Shown: positions 19,302 to 28,401, counted from the stretch's first letter. The stretch: DNA of 64,000 bases from Candidatus Undinarchaeota archaeon (GCA_964519305.1 CAZFHY010000009.1:22229-86228); one strand, 5' to 3'. Notes: a model not told the origin generated them from the letters alone. Program-made: numbers and translations.

Positions 19302-19811
19302 CTAATCCCCATGATCGACAGTTTCTAGCACTTCGAGAAGTCCGCCAATATCACCGCCCATGAGAAGGCATCCAGCCCCCATGTCGGATACATCATTGAT
19401 GTTGAACGAACTGTCATCTACGAACAGGCATTCCTCGGGTCGCAGCTCGATGCCGTCCTTAGCGAGATCGCGCAGCATTTCCTTCACGGAACCACCCTTG
19501 GGCCGCCAGCATATGCTCAGACGTACGAAGGAATCACGCAGGTCCCAGCCATCCAGCGCTGCAAGGACCGGGGGTTCATCGTTGTGGGTGACAAGAGCAA
19601 GGAGCACATCACGCTCCTGCAGACCTTTCAGAAGCTCGCGAGCACCCGGGCGGAGGGCGATGGTGGCACCGCGGGTATCCTCCAGGGTATCAGCATCAAG
19701 TCGTCGGAGGGGAGGTCGGAGCAACGAAGCGTAGTCCGCACCCCGGCAGGTCCAAAGTGTCTCGTCACCGTCAAGGAGCACGAGCCGGTATGCCACGAAT
19801 CCCACAACCAC
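19302..19811 (-). CDS. HAD-superfamily phosphatase (MDP-1-like)
   Basis: HAD motif I 'LLDGDETLW', motif II 'LVTHN', Lys 'RPKGG', motif IV 'FVDDSSFN'. GTG start. Confidence 0.6.
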   Translation of the reverse strand: MVVGFVAYRLVLLDGDETLWTCRGADYASLLRPPLRRLDADTLEDTRGATIALRPGARELLKGLQERDVLLALVTHNDEPPVLAALDGWDLRDSFVRLSICWRPKGGSVKEMLRDLAKDGIELRPEECLFVDDSSFNINDVSDMGAGCLLMGGDIGGLLEVLETVDHGD

Positions 19812-19853
19812 TTGAAAGGTTTTTTAATCCTAGCCTGTCTAATATATTTGCTG

Positions 19854-20426
19854 GTGGTATTCATAGGGGAGAAGGAGCGGGATACCGAGGGAATCGAATT
19901 CTACCGCCGCATGTCCCAGAAGCGGCCCGACTACGCTCACACTTGGTACCGTCAGGGCAACATGCACGCGCTCAACGAGGAGTACCAGAAGGCCATAGAC
20001 TGCTACATGAAGGTCTTGGAGACACGCCCCGACCACGTCAATGCCCTCAACAACATCGGTAATGCCTACATGGCCAAGAAGATGTACAAGCAGGCCATCG
20101 ACCACTACCGCAAGGCGCTCGAGCTCAATCCAATGGACGAGCTTGCCTGGGGGAACCGGGGCATCGCCCATGGTTTCCTCGGTGAGTACAAAGAGGCAAT
20201 CCACTGCTTCGAACAGGCCCTGAAGTTCAATGATGAGAACGTCAAGGTCCTGAGCAACATGGGCATCACGTATTTCAACAAGGGTGAGCACATCGAGGCG
20301 CGGAAGTGTTTCAGCAAGGTGCTCGAAATCAGTCCCGATGACGAACTGGCTCTCTCGTGCCTGTCACGCATGAAGGATGATGAAGAGGAGTCCAAGCGAG
20401 GCCTCCTCAGCAGGTTCTTCTCATAG
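19854..20426 (+). CDS. TPR-repeat protein
   Basis: Four to five 34-aa TPR units (e.g. 'AHTWYRQGNMHALNEEYQKAIDCYMKVLETRPDH'). The start is uncertain: TTG 19848 or GTG 19854 if leaderless from the TATA at 19820-19827, otherwise ATG 19911. Confidence 0.65.
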   Translation: MVFIGEKERDTEGIEFYRRMSQKRPDYAHTWYRQGNMHALNEEYQKAIDCYMKVLETRPDHVNALNNIGNAYMAKKMYKQAIDHYRKALELNPMDELAWGNRGIAHGFLGEYKEAIHCFEQALKFNDENVKVLSNMGITYFNKGEHIEARKCFSKVLEISPDDELALSCLSRMKDDEEESKRGLLSRFFS

Positions 20427-20590
20427 AACGTCAATATCCCTTCCTAATTCGTAATAGACTCTTGTTTACCCGTTAATATCGACCAATAGAAACAGCACTA
20501 GAGGTAGCATCTGTTTTTAATATGGATTTATTCACTACTCTTGAATAGTAACATATATAAACCTCTGCTGACTAGATAGTATCGGATCCA

Positions 20591-22177
20591 ATGACATATT
20601 CTCTCGAGGTAGCCCACGATGCTTCCTATGGCGCCCTTACTGAGGGTTCCTCTGTGACCATCGTCGGCGGCGGCCCTGGCGGGGTGGCCGCTGCTCTATA
20701 CCTCCAGAAAGAGCGGCCTGACCTGGACATCAATGTCCTCGAATACCGGGACGAACGGAAGTCGCTCATGCCGGCCTGTGGCTCCTGCAAGGGTGGCGGT
20801 GGTGTCATGCCCGGTCAGGTGCTCAGCACCCTGGAAGAGGACCTTGGGATATCCGTACCCGACCGCCTCATCATGAACCGCTACGCTGGCTACGATTTCC
20901 ATCGCCTCGGTGCGGACAAGTCCTACTCGATGTCCATGCCGACGGCCGAGGTCATGCCTGGGGCCGACAAGGAGTACGGCACCGTATCAGTGTACCGTGG
21001 TAACGGACCTGCCCGCTTTAGCGGGGAGGAGCCCATCGGCTTCGATGCCTACCTCAGGAAGGAGGCGAACGACAGGGGCATCAAGTTCACGTACGGGAGC
21101 GTGAACGACATCATCGTCCCCGAGTCACTGGACGGCAAGGTCATGGTGAACTACAAGCCCACGGGCAAGGGCGATGACCTCACGTTCGCCACCGACCTCC
21201 TCATCAACGCCGCCGGTGTCAAGGGCTCACAGCTCACCCGCATGGGCTACATGGACGATTCAGGCGCCCTGCAGTACCGTGACCGCGGTATCTCGCCCCG
21301 CTCCAGGACCTTCGGGCAGTTCGAGATCAAGCTCCCAAAGGCGGACGTGGAGTCCTACTTCGGTGATACCATCTCGGTGTATACCGGGATCCCCAACTCC
21401 GAGTTCGTCGCCGTTACCCCCAAGTTCCCCGGACCGCAGAAGGTGAAGGGGAAGGACGGGTCCACGAAGGAAGTGGACTACGGTTACCTCTCGATCACCC
21501 TCGCGCTCGATCCCAGAAAGGAGAAAGAGCTCGATAATCTAGGCTCCGAGAAGGAAGTGCGAAGTGCCTACACCCAGCAGCTCATGGGGCTGGAGAAGGC
21601 TCTGCTGGAGCACCCCGGATTCTCGTACAAGGTCGAAAACCGCATCGAGGACCGACCGTTCCACTGCCTCTGCCAGCCCTCTGCGCCCGTCTCCGCTTCG
21701 GAGAAACCCTTCGAGGACAGGTACGTGGAGATCGGCGACGCCGGTGGCGCCATCCGCTACGGTAAGAACGGCATTGGCCACTCCATCCTCTCCGCCAGGT
21801 CGGCCGTGGAGAGCATCCTTGAGCGGGGTGTGTCAGAAAAGGCATTCCGCGACGGCTACTACACCGACTTCATCAAGCCGCTCGAACGCGACAACGCCGT
21901 GGGCAAGGCGATGTTCGGCGCCAACAGGGTCGTGGCGGGCAACGACGTCCTCTCAGGCCTGTTCTACAGCACGGCCAACAGTCCCGTGGGCAAGCCGATC
22001 AAGAAGATGGCCTACCGCATGGCCCGGGGTCACTACGGCGAGGACAGCTACAAGAGCATCGTTGGTAATGCCGTCGTCGACGCTGTCAAGCTGCCCTACG
22101 AGCTCGCCGGGCGCGCCATCAACTCCGCCGTGGACAAGTACCATGACTGGCGGGAACGACGCAACAGTGACGAGTAG
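20591..22177 (+). CDS. FAD/NAD(P)-binding oxidoreductase (geranylgeranyl-reductase-like fold)
   Basis: N-terminal dinucleotide-binding motif 'VTIVGGGPGGVAAALYL'. 528-aa ORF preceded by a 160-bp AT-rich region. Confidence 0.55.
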   Translation: MTYSLEVAHDASYGALTEGSSVTIVGGGPGGVAAALYLQKERPDLDINVLEYRDERKSLMPACGSCKGGGGVMPGQVLSTLEEDLGISVPDRLIMNRYAGYDFHRLGADKSYSMSMPTAEVMPGADKEYGTVSVYRGNGPARFSGEEPIGFDAYLRKEANDRGIKFTYGSVNDIIVPESLDGKVMVNYKPTGKGDDLTFATDLLINAAGVKGSQLTRMGYMDDSGALQYRDRGISPRSRTFGQFEIKLPKADVESYFGDTISVYTGIPNSEFVAVTPKFPGPQKVKGKDGSTKEVDYGYLSITLALDPRKEKELDNLGSEKEVRSAYTQQLMGLEKALLEHPGFSYKVENRIEDRPFHCLCQPSAPVSASEKPFEDRYVEIGDAGGAIRYGKNGIGHSILSARSAVESILERGVSEKAFRDGYYTDFIKPLERDNAVGKAMFGANRVVAGNDVLSGLFYSTANSPVGKPIKKMAYRMARGHYGEDSYKSIVGNAVVDAVKLPYELAGRAINSAVDKYHDWRERRNSDE

Positions 22178-22233
22178 CCCGAAGCGTGAACACGCCCCGG
22201 GCAGTCCCCGTCAATTGTCCTTTCTATCCGTTC

Positions 22234-23835
22234 TCACGCATTCTCGTGCTCGCTGAAGGCCATGGCCTTCCAGTCCTTGCCCTTGAGCACGCGGCCCAGG
22301 ATCTCCATTGCCTCCGACTTCGGTCGGGGGTAGGTGAACCCGATCTCCTTGATCTTGTTATCATAGTCCGCGGCGATCTCGTCCAGCGAGTAACCAGCGG
22401 CAGCGGCCTCGGCGGCCAAGCGCGCGGCCCAGGCGCCGTCCAGAGTACCGTAGCCGTGGATGCCTCCGCCCATGGTGGTGACTGTGTCGGTGCCGAACAT
22501 CTTGGCCAGCTCGATCAGGTGCTTGGGGTAGAGACCTCCCGAGTTGACGGGCATCACGGGGCGCATGCCGTACCACTTCTGCGGGAAGAACCAGTTGTAC
22601 TCGCCCTCCTCGACCTCGGGCACGTAGTCCTCCTGGCTGATGCAGTGGGCGTAGTTGAGGATCTCGGACTTGTCACCCTCCATCTTGCCCACAACGGTGC
22701 CGATGTGCAGCTCGTCGATACCCGCCAGGCGGCAGCACTTGGCGATCACCATCATGTCCACCCCGTGCATGGGGGTGCGAGCGAAGCTGGCGTGCATGGC
22801 GCGGTGGCCGTGGATGAGGAGCGGCGGACCGTGCTCGCGCAGGGTCTGGACCGCAGTGAACCCGCCGGTGATTATGTCGATCATGCACCCGATGGCCCCC
22901 ATCTCCTTGACGAAGTAGGCCTTCTCCAGCATGTCCATGGCGCTACCGGAGGTGACGTTTGCCACGTAAAGCTTGCGCTGGTCGATGCCCTTGGCCTTGT
23001 GCTCGGCCTCGACCTCCTCGATACGCTTGAAGGACAGGTAGGCCCTAAGGTAATAGGGATCGAACTCCTGGTCGGTGAGGTTCTCGTCATCCTTGACCAC
23101 GGAGCAGTACTTGAAGGTCTTGTACAGCACCTCGGCCTGCTCGTCGGCGAAGAGCCCGGTCTTGGGCTTGGGGATGGTCCCCACCAGGGTGTGGCCATGG
23201 GTCTTGGTGACCTCACGGATCCCGGGGATACCGAAACGGGGTCCGGGGAACGTGGCGATGTACTCGGGGGGCATGTGGAAGTCCATCACCTTGATGTACT
23301 CCACGGCCTTCATGGCCAGGATGTTACCGGTGATGCAGCTGAAGAGCTGGGGAATGCTCCCCGGCTCGAAAAGGGCCAGCGGGTAGGCCACCTTGACGTG
23401 ACCGGCCTTGCCGTCGACCTCGGGGATGCACTCGTACACGGTGCCCGCGAGGCTCAGGGTGTAGGAGGTCTCGGTCTGGACGTCGGTCCAGGTGCCCGTC
23501 GACGACTCTAGCGTGACGTGGTTGGCGGCCTCTTCCAGGGTCTCCCCCTTGGGGGGCGTGACCTTGAACGATGCCAAGAGGTATTTCTCCGGCTGCTTGC
23601 TGGGCTCGAACCCGATGTCTAGGAACCGGACGAGAGTGTCCTTCTCCTGGAGCCGGGCGGCCTTCTTGACCTGTGACTCGGTGAGTGTGGGGCGCTTCCA
23701 GGTGAAGGGTTTTGCGCGCTCGTCCTGCATCTTGCGAAGGGTCGCGAACATCGTGTCCCTTGCACGAGCCCGGGCCTCGTCGATATCCTTGCCGATGGCG
23801 CTGTTGAGCACTCCGTTCGCGTCGGTGATTTCCAT
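22234..23835 (-). CDS. rbcL: ribulose-1,5-bisphosphate carboxylase/oxygenase large subunit (form III or II/III-like) with an N-terminal extension
   Basis: Catalytic motifs are present: 'ESSTGTWT', 'GNI', 'PKPKTGL', 'VVKDDENL', 'HGHRAMHA', 'LHIGTVVGKMEG', 'PVNSGG', 'MGGGIHG'. SD GAGGAG lies before ATG 23835. Confidence 0.85.
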   Translation of the reverse strand: MEITDANGVLNSAIGKDIDEARARARDTMFATLRKMQDERAKPFTWKRPTLTESQVKKAARLQEKDTLVRFLDIGFEPSKQPEKYLLASFKVTPPKGETLEEAANHVTLESSTGTWTDVQTETSYTLSLAGTVYECIPEVDGKAGHVKVAYPLALFEPGSIPQLFSCITGNILAMKAVEYIKVMDFHMPPEYIATFPGPRFGIPGIREVTKTHGHTLVGTIPKPKTGLFADEQAEVLYKTFKYCSVVKDDENLTDQEFDPYYLRAYLSFKRIEEVEAEHKAKGIDQRKLYVANVTSGSAMDMLEKAYFVKEMGAIGCMIDIITGGFTAVQTLREHGPPLLIHGHRAMHASFARTPMHGVDMMVIAKCCRLAGIDELHIGTVVGKMEGDKSEILNYAHCISQEDYVPEVEEGEYNWFFPQKWYGMRPVMPVNSGGLYPKHLIELAKMFGTDTVTTMGGGIHGYGTLDGAWAARLAAEAAAAGYSLDEIAADYDNKIKEIGFTYPRPKSEAMEILGRVLKGKDWKAMAFSEHENA

Positions 23836-24012
23836 GATGATTCTCCTCGTTGGAAGGGGTGGACACGTCCAGTGTCTTTTAAAGGGTCCCTAGGGGGTGG
23901 CCCGTGGTCACCTAGAGCACGGCCGAGAAATATGCGAAAATAGAAGGATTCCGGGGCCTGGAGGCGAAAGATTTAAGAACCGCCTGACATACTCTGTCAC
24001 ACTAGGGGCAAC

Positions 24013-25833
24013 ATGGGGAAAGAATCACCCTCCGAGAAGAAGCATCAGCAACCCGATCGGCCGCCGATATACATCGCTTTCGAGTGGCACATGCACCAGC
24101 CCATCTACCGCCCCTACGAGACCGTAACCGAGACAATGAACGGCGGCAAGAAGGTCAACTCGATCAAGGGCACGATGCCTGACGGGAAGGGCACGCCCGA
24201 CCTTAAGGAGATCTTCTACTCTCGGTGGGGCCCCTACACCACATGGGTGGCCGATGCCATCGAGTCAGGCAAGGACGCAGGGCTCGCCGACCTTGGAGCC
24301 AGCATGAGCTTCTCCGGCTCGCTCATCGAGAACCTCAATGCGCTGGAGGAGGCCGATCCCAACGGCCCGTTCAAGGACTGGGCGGACCGCTTCATCGAGG
24401 CCCGACACTGGGAGACATCGGAGGGCAATCCACGGCTAGACATCGTCGGGTTCGGGTACCACCACCCCCTCATGGGGCTCATCGAGTACGACGACATCCG
24501 TCGGTCTGTGCAGGACCACAAGCAGATCGTCGCCGAGACCTTCGGTGACGACGTGGCGTACTCCAAGGGCATCTTCCCGCCCGAGAACGCCTTCTCCGAA
24601 CGCATGATCCCCGCTCTCGTTGATGAGGGCTTCGAATGGGCGCTCATCGACAACGTCCACCTGGAGCGGGCGTGCGAGAACTACCCCTACACCACCGGCT
24701 CCAACCTCAAGCCACCGAACCCGGCCGACCAGCAGAACCCCGATCCAGACGATTGGGTCCAGCTCAACGGCCTCTGGTCACCCGGGAAGGTGTCCGGCGG
24801 GTTCGCCCACCGGCCCCACTGGGTCGAGTACACCGACGCCAACGGTAAGACCTCGAAGATGATCGGTGTGTTCGCGGACCGGTACCTTGGCACCGAGGAC
24901 GCCCGGGGCGGTTTCGGAGCGTTGAACTATGAACACGTTATGAGCCAGCTAGAGAAGTTCAACACAGATCCCGATCATCCTATTCTCATCGTGCTCCCCC
25001 ACGACGGGGACAACTACGGCGGCGGTTCCGACTCATACTACCACCACAACTTCCAGCGGTTCGTCCAGTGGCTGCAGGCCAATCCGGACCGCTTCCAGTG
25101 CACGACCGTCCAGGACTATCTGGACAAGTTCCCCGTGGCCGACAACGATGTGGTCCATGTGGAACCGGGCTCCTGGAGCGGTGCGGACAACGGCGATCCC
25201 GAGTTCAAGAAATGGAACGGGGACCCGGTCAACGGCTACTCGCCCGACCGCAACTCCTGGGCCGTCATCGTCGCTGCAAAGAACCGCGTTAAGACGGCGG
25301 AGGCCATCGATCCAAAGGCTCCCGAGACGAAGGAGGCCTGGCGGTTCCTGGACGTGGGGCAGACCTCATGCTACTGGTACTGGGACGGCAACACCGAGTG
25401 GGACTCGAACCCCACGCTGGCCGCTAATCAGGCGGTCGAGCAGGCGGACAAGGTCATCGGACAGGGCCCCGACACCGTCGGACCCTCCCTCTACCTCCCC
25501 CAGCGCGATCCCTACAACCCGGGCGGTCTCGGGTGGGGCAACCAGCCCGAACCTGAGGACGTGCGCATCTGGACGCTCGGGTACGATGTGTCTGGGATTG
25601 AGCGGGTCGACCTGAAGTACCGCGAGATTGGCGCACAGGACTGGCAGAGCGCGTCGATGGCAGCGAGCCCGATGCCGGCCCCCAAGACGGATCCGCAACC
25701 GGTCTACCGCGGCGAGGAGTACGGCGCGGAGCTCACAGGGCTCCACGACGTGACCATCGAGTACTATGTCGAGGCCGAGGACGCGCTCGGGAACGTCTCC
25801 CAGACGGACGTCCAGCAGGTCTACATCGAGTGA
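24013..25833 (+). CDS. glycoside hydrolase family 57 (alpha-glucan-active enzyme)
   Basis: GH57 regions: 'WHMHQPIY', 'FPPENAFSE' (nucleophile Glu), 'LPHDGDNYGG' (acid/base Asp), 'QTSCYWYW'. No signal peptide. Confidence 0.75.
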   Translation: MGKESPSEKKHQQPDRPPIYIAFEWHMHQPIYRPYETVTETMNGGKKVNSIKGTMPDGKGTPDLKEIFYSRWGPYTTWVADAIESGKDAGLADLGASMSFSGSLIENLNALEEADPNGPFKDWADRFIEARHWETSEGNPRLDIVGFGYHHPLMGLIEYDDIRRSVQDHKQIVAETFGDDVAYSKGIFPPENAFSERMIPALVDEGFEWALIDNVHLERACENYPYTTGSNLKPPNPADQQNPDPDDWVQLNGLWSPGKVSGGFAHRPHWVEYTDANGKTSKMIGVFADRYLGTEDARGGFGALNYEHVMSQLEKFNTDPDHPILIVLPHDGDNYGGGSDSYYHHNFQRFVQWLQANPDRFQCTTVQDYLDKFPVADNDVVHVEPGSWSGADNGDPEFKKWNGDPVNGYSPDRNSWAVIVAAKNRVKTAEAIDPKAPETKEAWRFLDVGQTSCYWYWDGNTEWDSNPTLAANQAVEQADKVIGQGPDTVGPSLYLPQRDPYNPGGLGWGNQPEPEDVRIWTLGYDVSGIERVDLKYREIGAQDWQSASMAASPMPAPKTDPQPVYRGEEYGAELTGLHDVTIEYYVEAEDALGNVSQTDVQQVYIE

Positions 25834-25843
25834 GGGATAAGAG

Positions 25844-25942
25844 ATGAAGCTGCGCGACATGTTCTTCACAGCGGCCCTTTGCCTCAACTTCTACGTGCTC
25901 TGGGGACCTGTTGGCGTGCTGGACTTGTACGACCTCCTTTGA
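25844..25942 (+). CDS. candidate 32-aa hydrophobic micro-protein
   Basis: ATG 25844 is preceded by gagggataagag. It encodes MKLRDMFFTAALCLNFYVLWGPVGVLDLYDLL, immediately after the GH57 stop. Below the ORF-track length cutoff. Confidence 0.2.
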   Translation: MKLRDMFFTAALCLNFYVLWGPVGVLDLYDLL

Positions 25943-26100
25943 GGGCAGACCTCTCCCGCAGGGGGATTCCCGACATTACCAATCCCGCGTATGGTCAGCA
26001 CCGCATTGACGCCCAAATGTGACCGTGAAAGGACGGACCGCGGACAGTGTATGATCTGCCCCGTTCTTGCTCAGACCGCCCAAAAGATAACTATTTAAGT

Positions 26101-26120
26101 GCCCCTAAATACTTAGGGGC
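26101..26120. promoter_or_regulatory. perfect palindrome GCCCCTAA-atac-TTAGGGGC between TATA and start (candidate operator)
   Basis: An 8-bp inverted repeat directly downstream of TATA ctatttaa (26091-26098), 19 nt upstream of ATG 26139. Confidence 0.5.
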
Positions 26121-26138
26121 TCCTAAAGGTGCATTATT

Positions 26139-26492
26139 ATGTACGACATCAGCGAACTTGAATCGATCGGGTACGACTCAACCTGCGTGACCGATGAGGT
26201 CACGTACACTGACGACCTCTCCGGTGAGATGCTCGTCGGTAGTGCCATCGGTGGGGCGATATTGGGCTACGCGGTCGGTAACGGTGTTGGTCGCCTGGGT
26301 GCATGGTGGGCCGAGAAGACCGAAGCAGGGATCCAGAAAGCGGGACTTATCTCAGGTCTCAAGGGCGCCGGTATCGGGGCCCTAGCGGCCGGTGGGACCT
26401 ACGTTGTTGCCGATGCCCTGCACGGGAGTAGCAATGGTGGCGGGGAAGAAGAATCCGCCAATGACTGGACGCACTACATGCGCGACGAATGA
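26139..26492 (+). CDS. small protein with an acidic N-terminus and Gly-zipper TM segments (paralog family member 1)
   Basis: 'MYDISELESIGY...TYTDDLSG' followed by GxxxG-rich hydrophobic segments. SD aaaggtg 8 nt upstream. Paralogous to 40762-41154 and 41273-41608. Confidence 0.65.
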   Translation: MYDISELESIGYDSTCVTDEVTYTDDLSGEMLVGSAIGGAILGYAVGNGVGRLGAWWAEKTEAGIQKAGLISGLKGAGIGALAAGGTYVVADALHGSSNGGGEEESANDWTHYMRDE

Positions 26493-26549
26493 TGATATGG
26501 GAGGCTGCGAGCGAACAGCATAAAAGTTTCGCCCCCACCCTCATCATCC

Positions 26550-27122
26550 ATGGAGGAAATCCTTCAGGACCATCAGTCACGCATCAACAAGAGCCGCCGC
26601 ACGGTGGTAGTGTGCCACGGCGACTCTCTTACCTGGGGCTTCATGGTCAACCGGGAGGATTGCTATCCTGCACGCCTTGAGCGCCACCTGGGCGGTGACT
26701 GGCAGGTCATCAACACGGGCCAGAACGGTGACACCGCAGAAGGCGGGCTCACCCGGCTCACTCGCGAAGCGCTCCCCAATAACCCGCGTCTCGTCATAAT
26801 AGGGTTCGGCACCAACGACTTCTACGACGGCGTCCCATCCAAGCGAGTGTTCGCAGCGATGGACGAGATGGTCGGACGCGTACTAGCTGATGGCTCAGAG
26901 GTCATCCTATGGGGATTCCCGCACTCCCAGGCGTACGGTCAGGGGTACGAGTTCATCGCGCGCAAGCATAAGGTCCCGCTCCTCGACTATCTGCACGATG
27001 ATATCTATGGCCAGCAGGGGAACGTGTTCCCCGACGGAGTACACCTCACGGCCAGCGGGTATGCTGCAGTAGAGGCACGGGTCCTGCCGGTGGTCAGACG
27101 GGTGCTGGGGCTCGACGCCTGA
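26550..27122 (+). CDS. SGNH/GDSL-family hydrolase
   Basis: Block I 'VCHGDSLTWG', block III 'GFGTNDF', block V 'DGVHLTASGY'. Confidence 0.8.
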   Translation: MEEILQDHQSRINKSRRTVVVCHGDSLTWGFMVNREDCYPARLERHLGGDWQVINTGQNGDTAEGGLTRLTREALPNNPRLVIIGFGTNDFYDGVPSKRVFAAMDEMVGRVLADGSEVILWGFPHSQAYGQGYEFIARKHKVPLLDYLHDDIYGQQGNVFPDGVHLTASGYAAVEARVLPVVRRVLGLDA

Positions 27123-27123
27123 G

Positions 27124-28401
27124 CTACTCGATGTTGGCGTGACGCTTCTTCATTTTCTCAGAAGTCTCGCTGAGCGCCTGCTGGAGGTTGAACACGACGC
27201 CCTCAAGGAATATGAGCGAGAGGATCTCGAACAATGAGCCCATGGGCGTCAGCTCCTCGATCTGCGAGGTTAGCTGGCGGGCGATGTACGACACCTCCTT
27301 GGACTCGCGCACCCTGCCGTGTATGAGGAACACAATCTCGGCCAGCTTGCTTAGCGTGCCCTCGGGATTGGAGGTGATGGCGACGACCGTGGCACCGTTG
27401 CCGTGGGCTGCCTGGATGGGGGCGATAGTGAGGCTGGTCTCTCCCGAGCCGGAGATACCGACGATGACGTCGTCAGCTTCCACGGCGGGCATTGTCACTT
27501 CGCCGATCACATGGACACGAAGCCCCATGTGCATGAGCCGCATCCCGAAGGCGGCCCCCACCAGCCGTGAGCGTCCGGTCCCGCATACGTACACCTTGCG
27601 GTCTTTCTCGCGTGCGTCCTTGATCAGCTCGACGAACCGGTCGATCGCCTTTCCATCTAGCTCCTCGGCCAGCTTGCTCGCCTGGCTGGCATAGAAGCGC
27701 ATGGTCATCCCCACGGGGACGCTGAAGGCGACGTGGCGCATCCTCGAGATTATGGTGCGTGCGGTTGTCTGGGGGTCTTTGGACTCGCGTAGCGCCCGGC
27801 CGATGACGAGTCGCTGGGCCCCGTTCATCAGCACCCGTTCAACGTGCTCCTCGTCCAGAGCACCCGCGGCGATGACGGGGATGGTCAGCTCCCGTGATAC
27901 CTGCTCGATCTCCTGGAAGGGATCGACGGTGCGCTTGGTATGGAAGCTCGTATGGACCACGACCGCGTCCACGCCGAGCTGCTCGGCCTCTTTCGCCTTC
28001 TCAACGACGCTGCGCTCCTTGTCCACGTGCGAGAGGTCCATGTAGACCTTCACGCCCTCGTTCTTTGCGTACTGGAGAATCGTCTTGACGATGTGTGGGG
28101 CATGGTGAGCTGTGATGATTATCGCATGAGCGCCGAACTCCCTGATTGCGCGGATCGTCTTGAACTCCTCGATGTGCTTCAGGTCGGCCACGACCTCGAA
28201 GGGTTCCCCACGTTCTGCAAAGGTCCCATGAAGACGGCCGAGCACGTACCGCGTCCCGAGGGTCTGAAGGGTGTGGTGGTCCACCTCGAAGATACGGGCA
28301 CCACCAGCCCACAGCTCGTCAGCGAGCGCGATCAGCGCGTCGATGTCGTAGCTGTCGTCCACCTTCAGATAGACCTGGAGTTCCGGCTTCGTAGTCTCCA
28401 T
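27124..28401 (-). CDS. hps-phi: fused 3-hexulose-6-phosphate synthase / 6-phospho-3-hexuloisomerase (HPS-PHI, RuMP pathway)
   Basis: The N-terminal half is OMPDC/HPS-like ('LQVYLKVDD', 'VVHTSF'). The C-terminal half is a SIS domain ('VCGTGRSRLVGAAFGMRLMHMG', 'GISGSGETS'). This fusion architecture is known in Thermococcales. Confidence 0.75.
   Translation of the reverse strand: METTKPELQVYLKVDDSYDIDALIALADELWAGGARIFEVDHHTLQTLGTRYVLGRLHGTFAERGEPFEVVADLKHIEEFKTIRAIREFGAHAIIITAHHAPHIVKTILQYAKNEGVKVYMDLSHVDKERSVVEKAKEAEQLGVDAVVVHTSFHTKRTVDPFQEIEQVSRELTIPVIAAGALDEEHVERVLMNGAQRLVIGRALRESKDPQTTARTIISRMRHVAFSVPVGMTMRFYASQASKLAEELDGKAIDRFVELIKDAREKDRKVYVCGTGRSRLVGAAFGMRLMHMGLRVHVIGEVTMPAVEADDVIVGISGSGETSLTIAPIQAAHGNGATVVAITSNPEGTLSKLAEIVFLIHGRVRESKEVSYIARQLTSQIEELTPMGSLFEILSLIFLEGVVFNLQQALSETSEKMKKRHANIE

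Noticed and set aside
22186-23511. 441-aa ORF on the plus strand, antisense to rbcL
   Set aside because: It is G/V/L/H/D-rich with no recognisable motifs, and it fully overlaps a gene with unambiguous RuBisCO motifs. This is a typical GC-rich antisense shadow ORF.
26486-26545. ATGATGA C-box-like heptamers on both strands between the small Gly-zipper gene and the SGNH hydrolase gene
   Set aside because: No CTGA D box at the proper spacing on either strand. One copy overlaps the stop codon and the other overlaps the start region. More likely a weak inverted repeat or chance.
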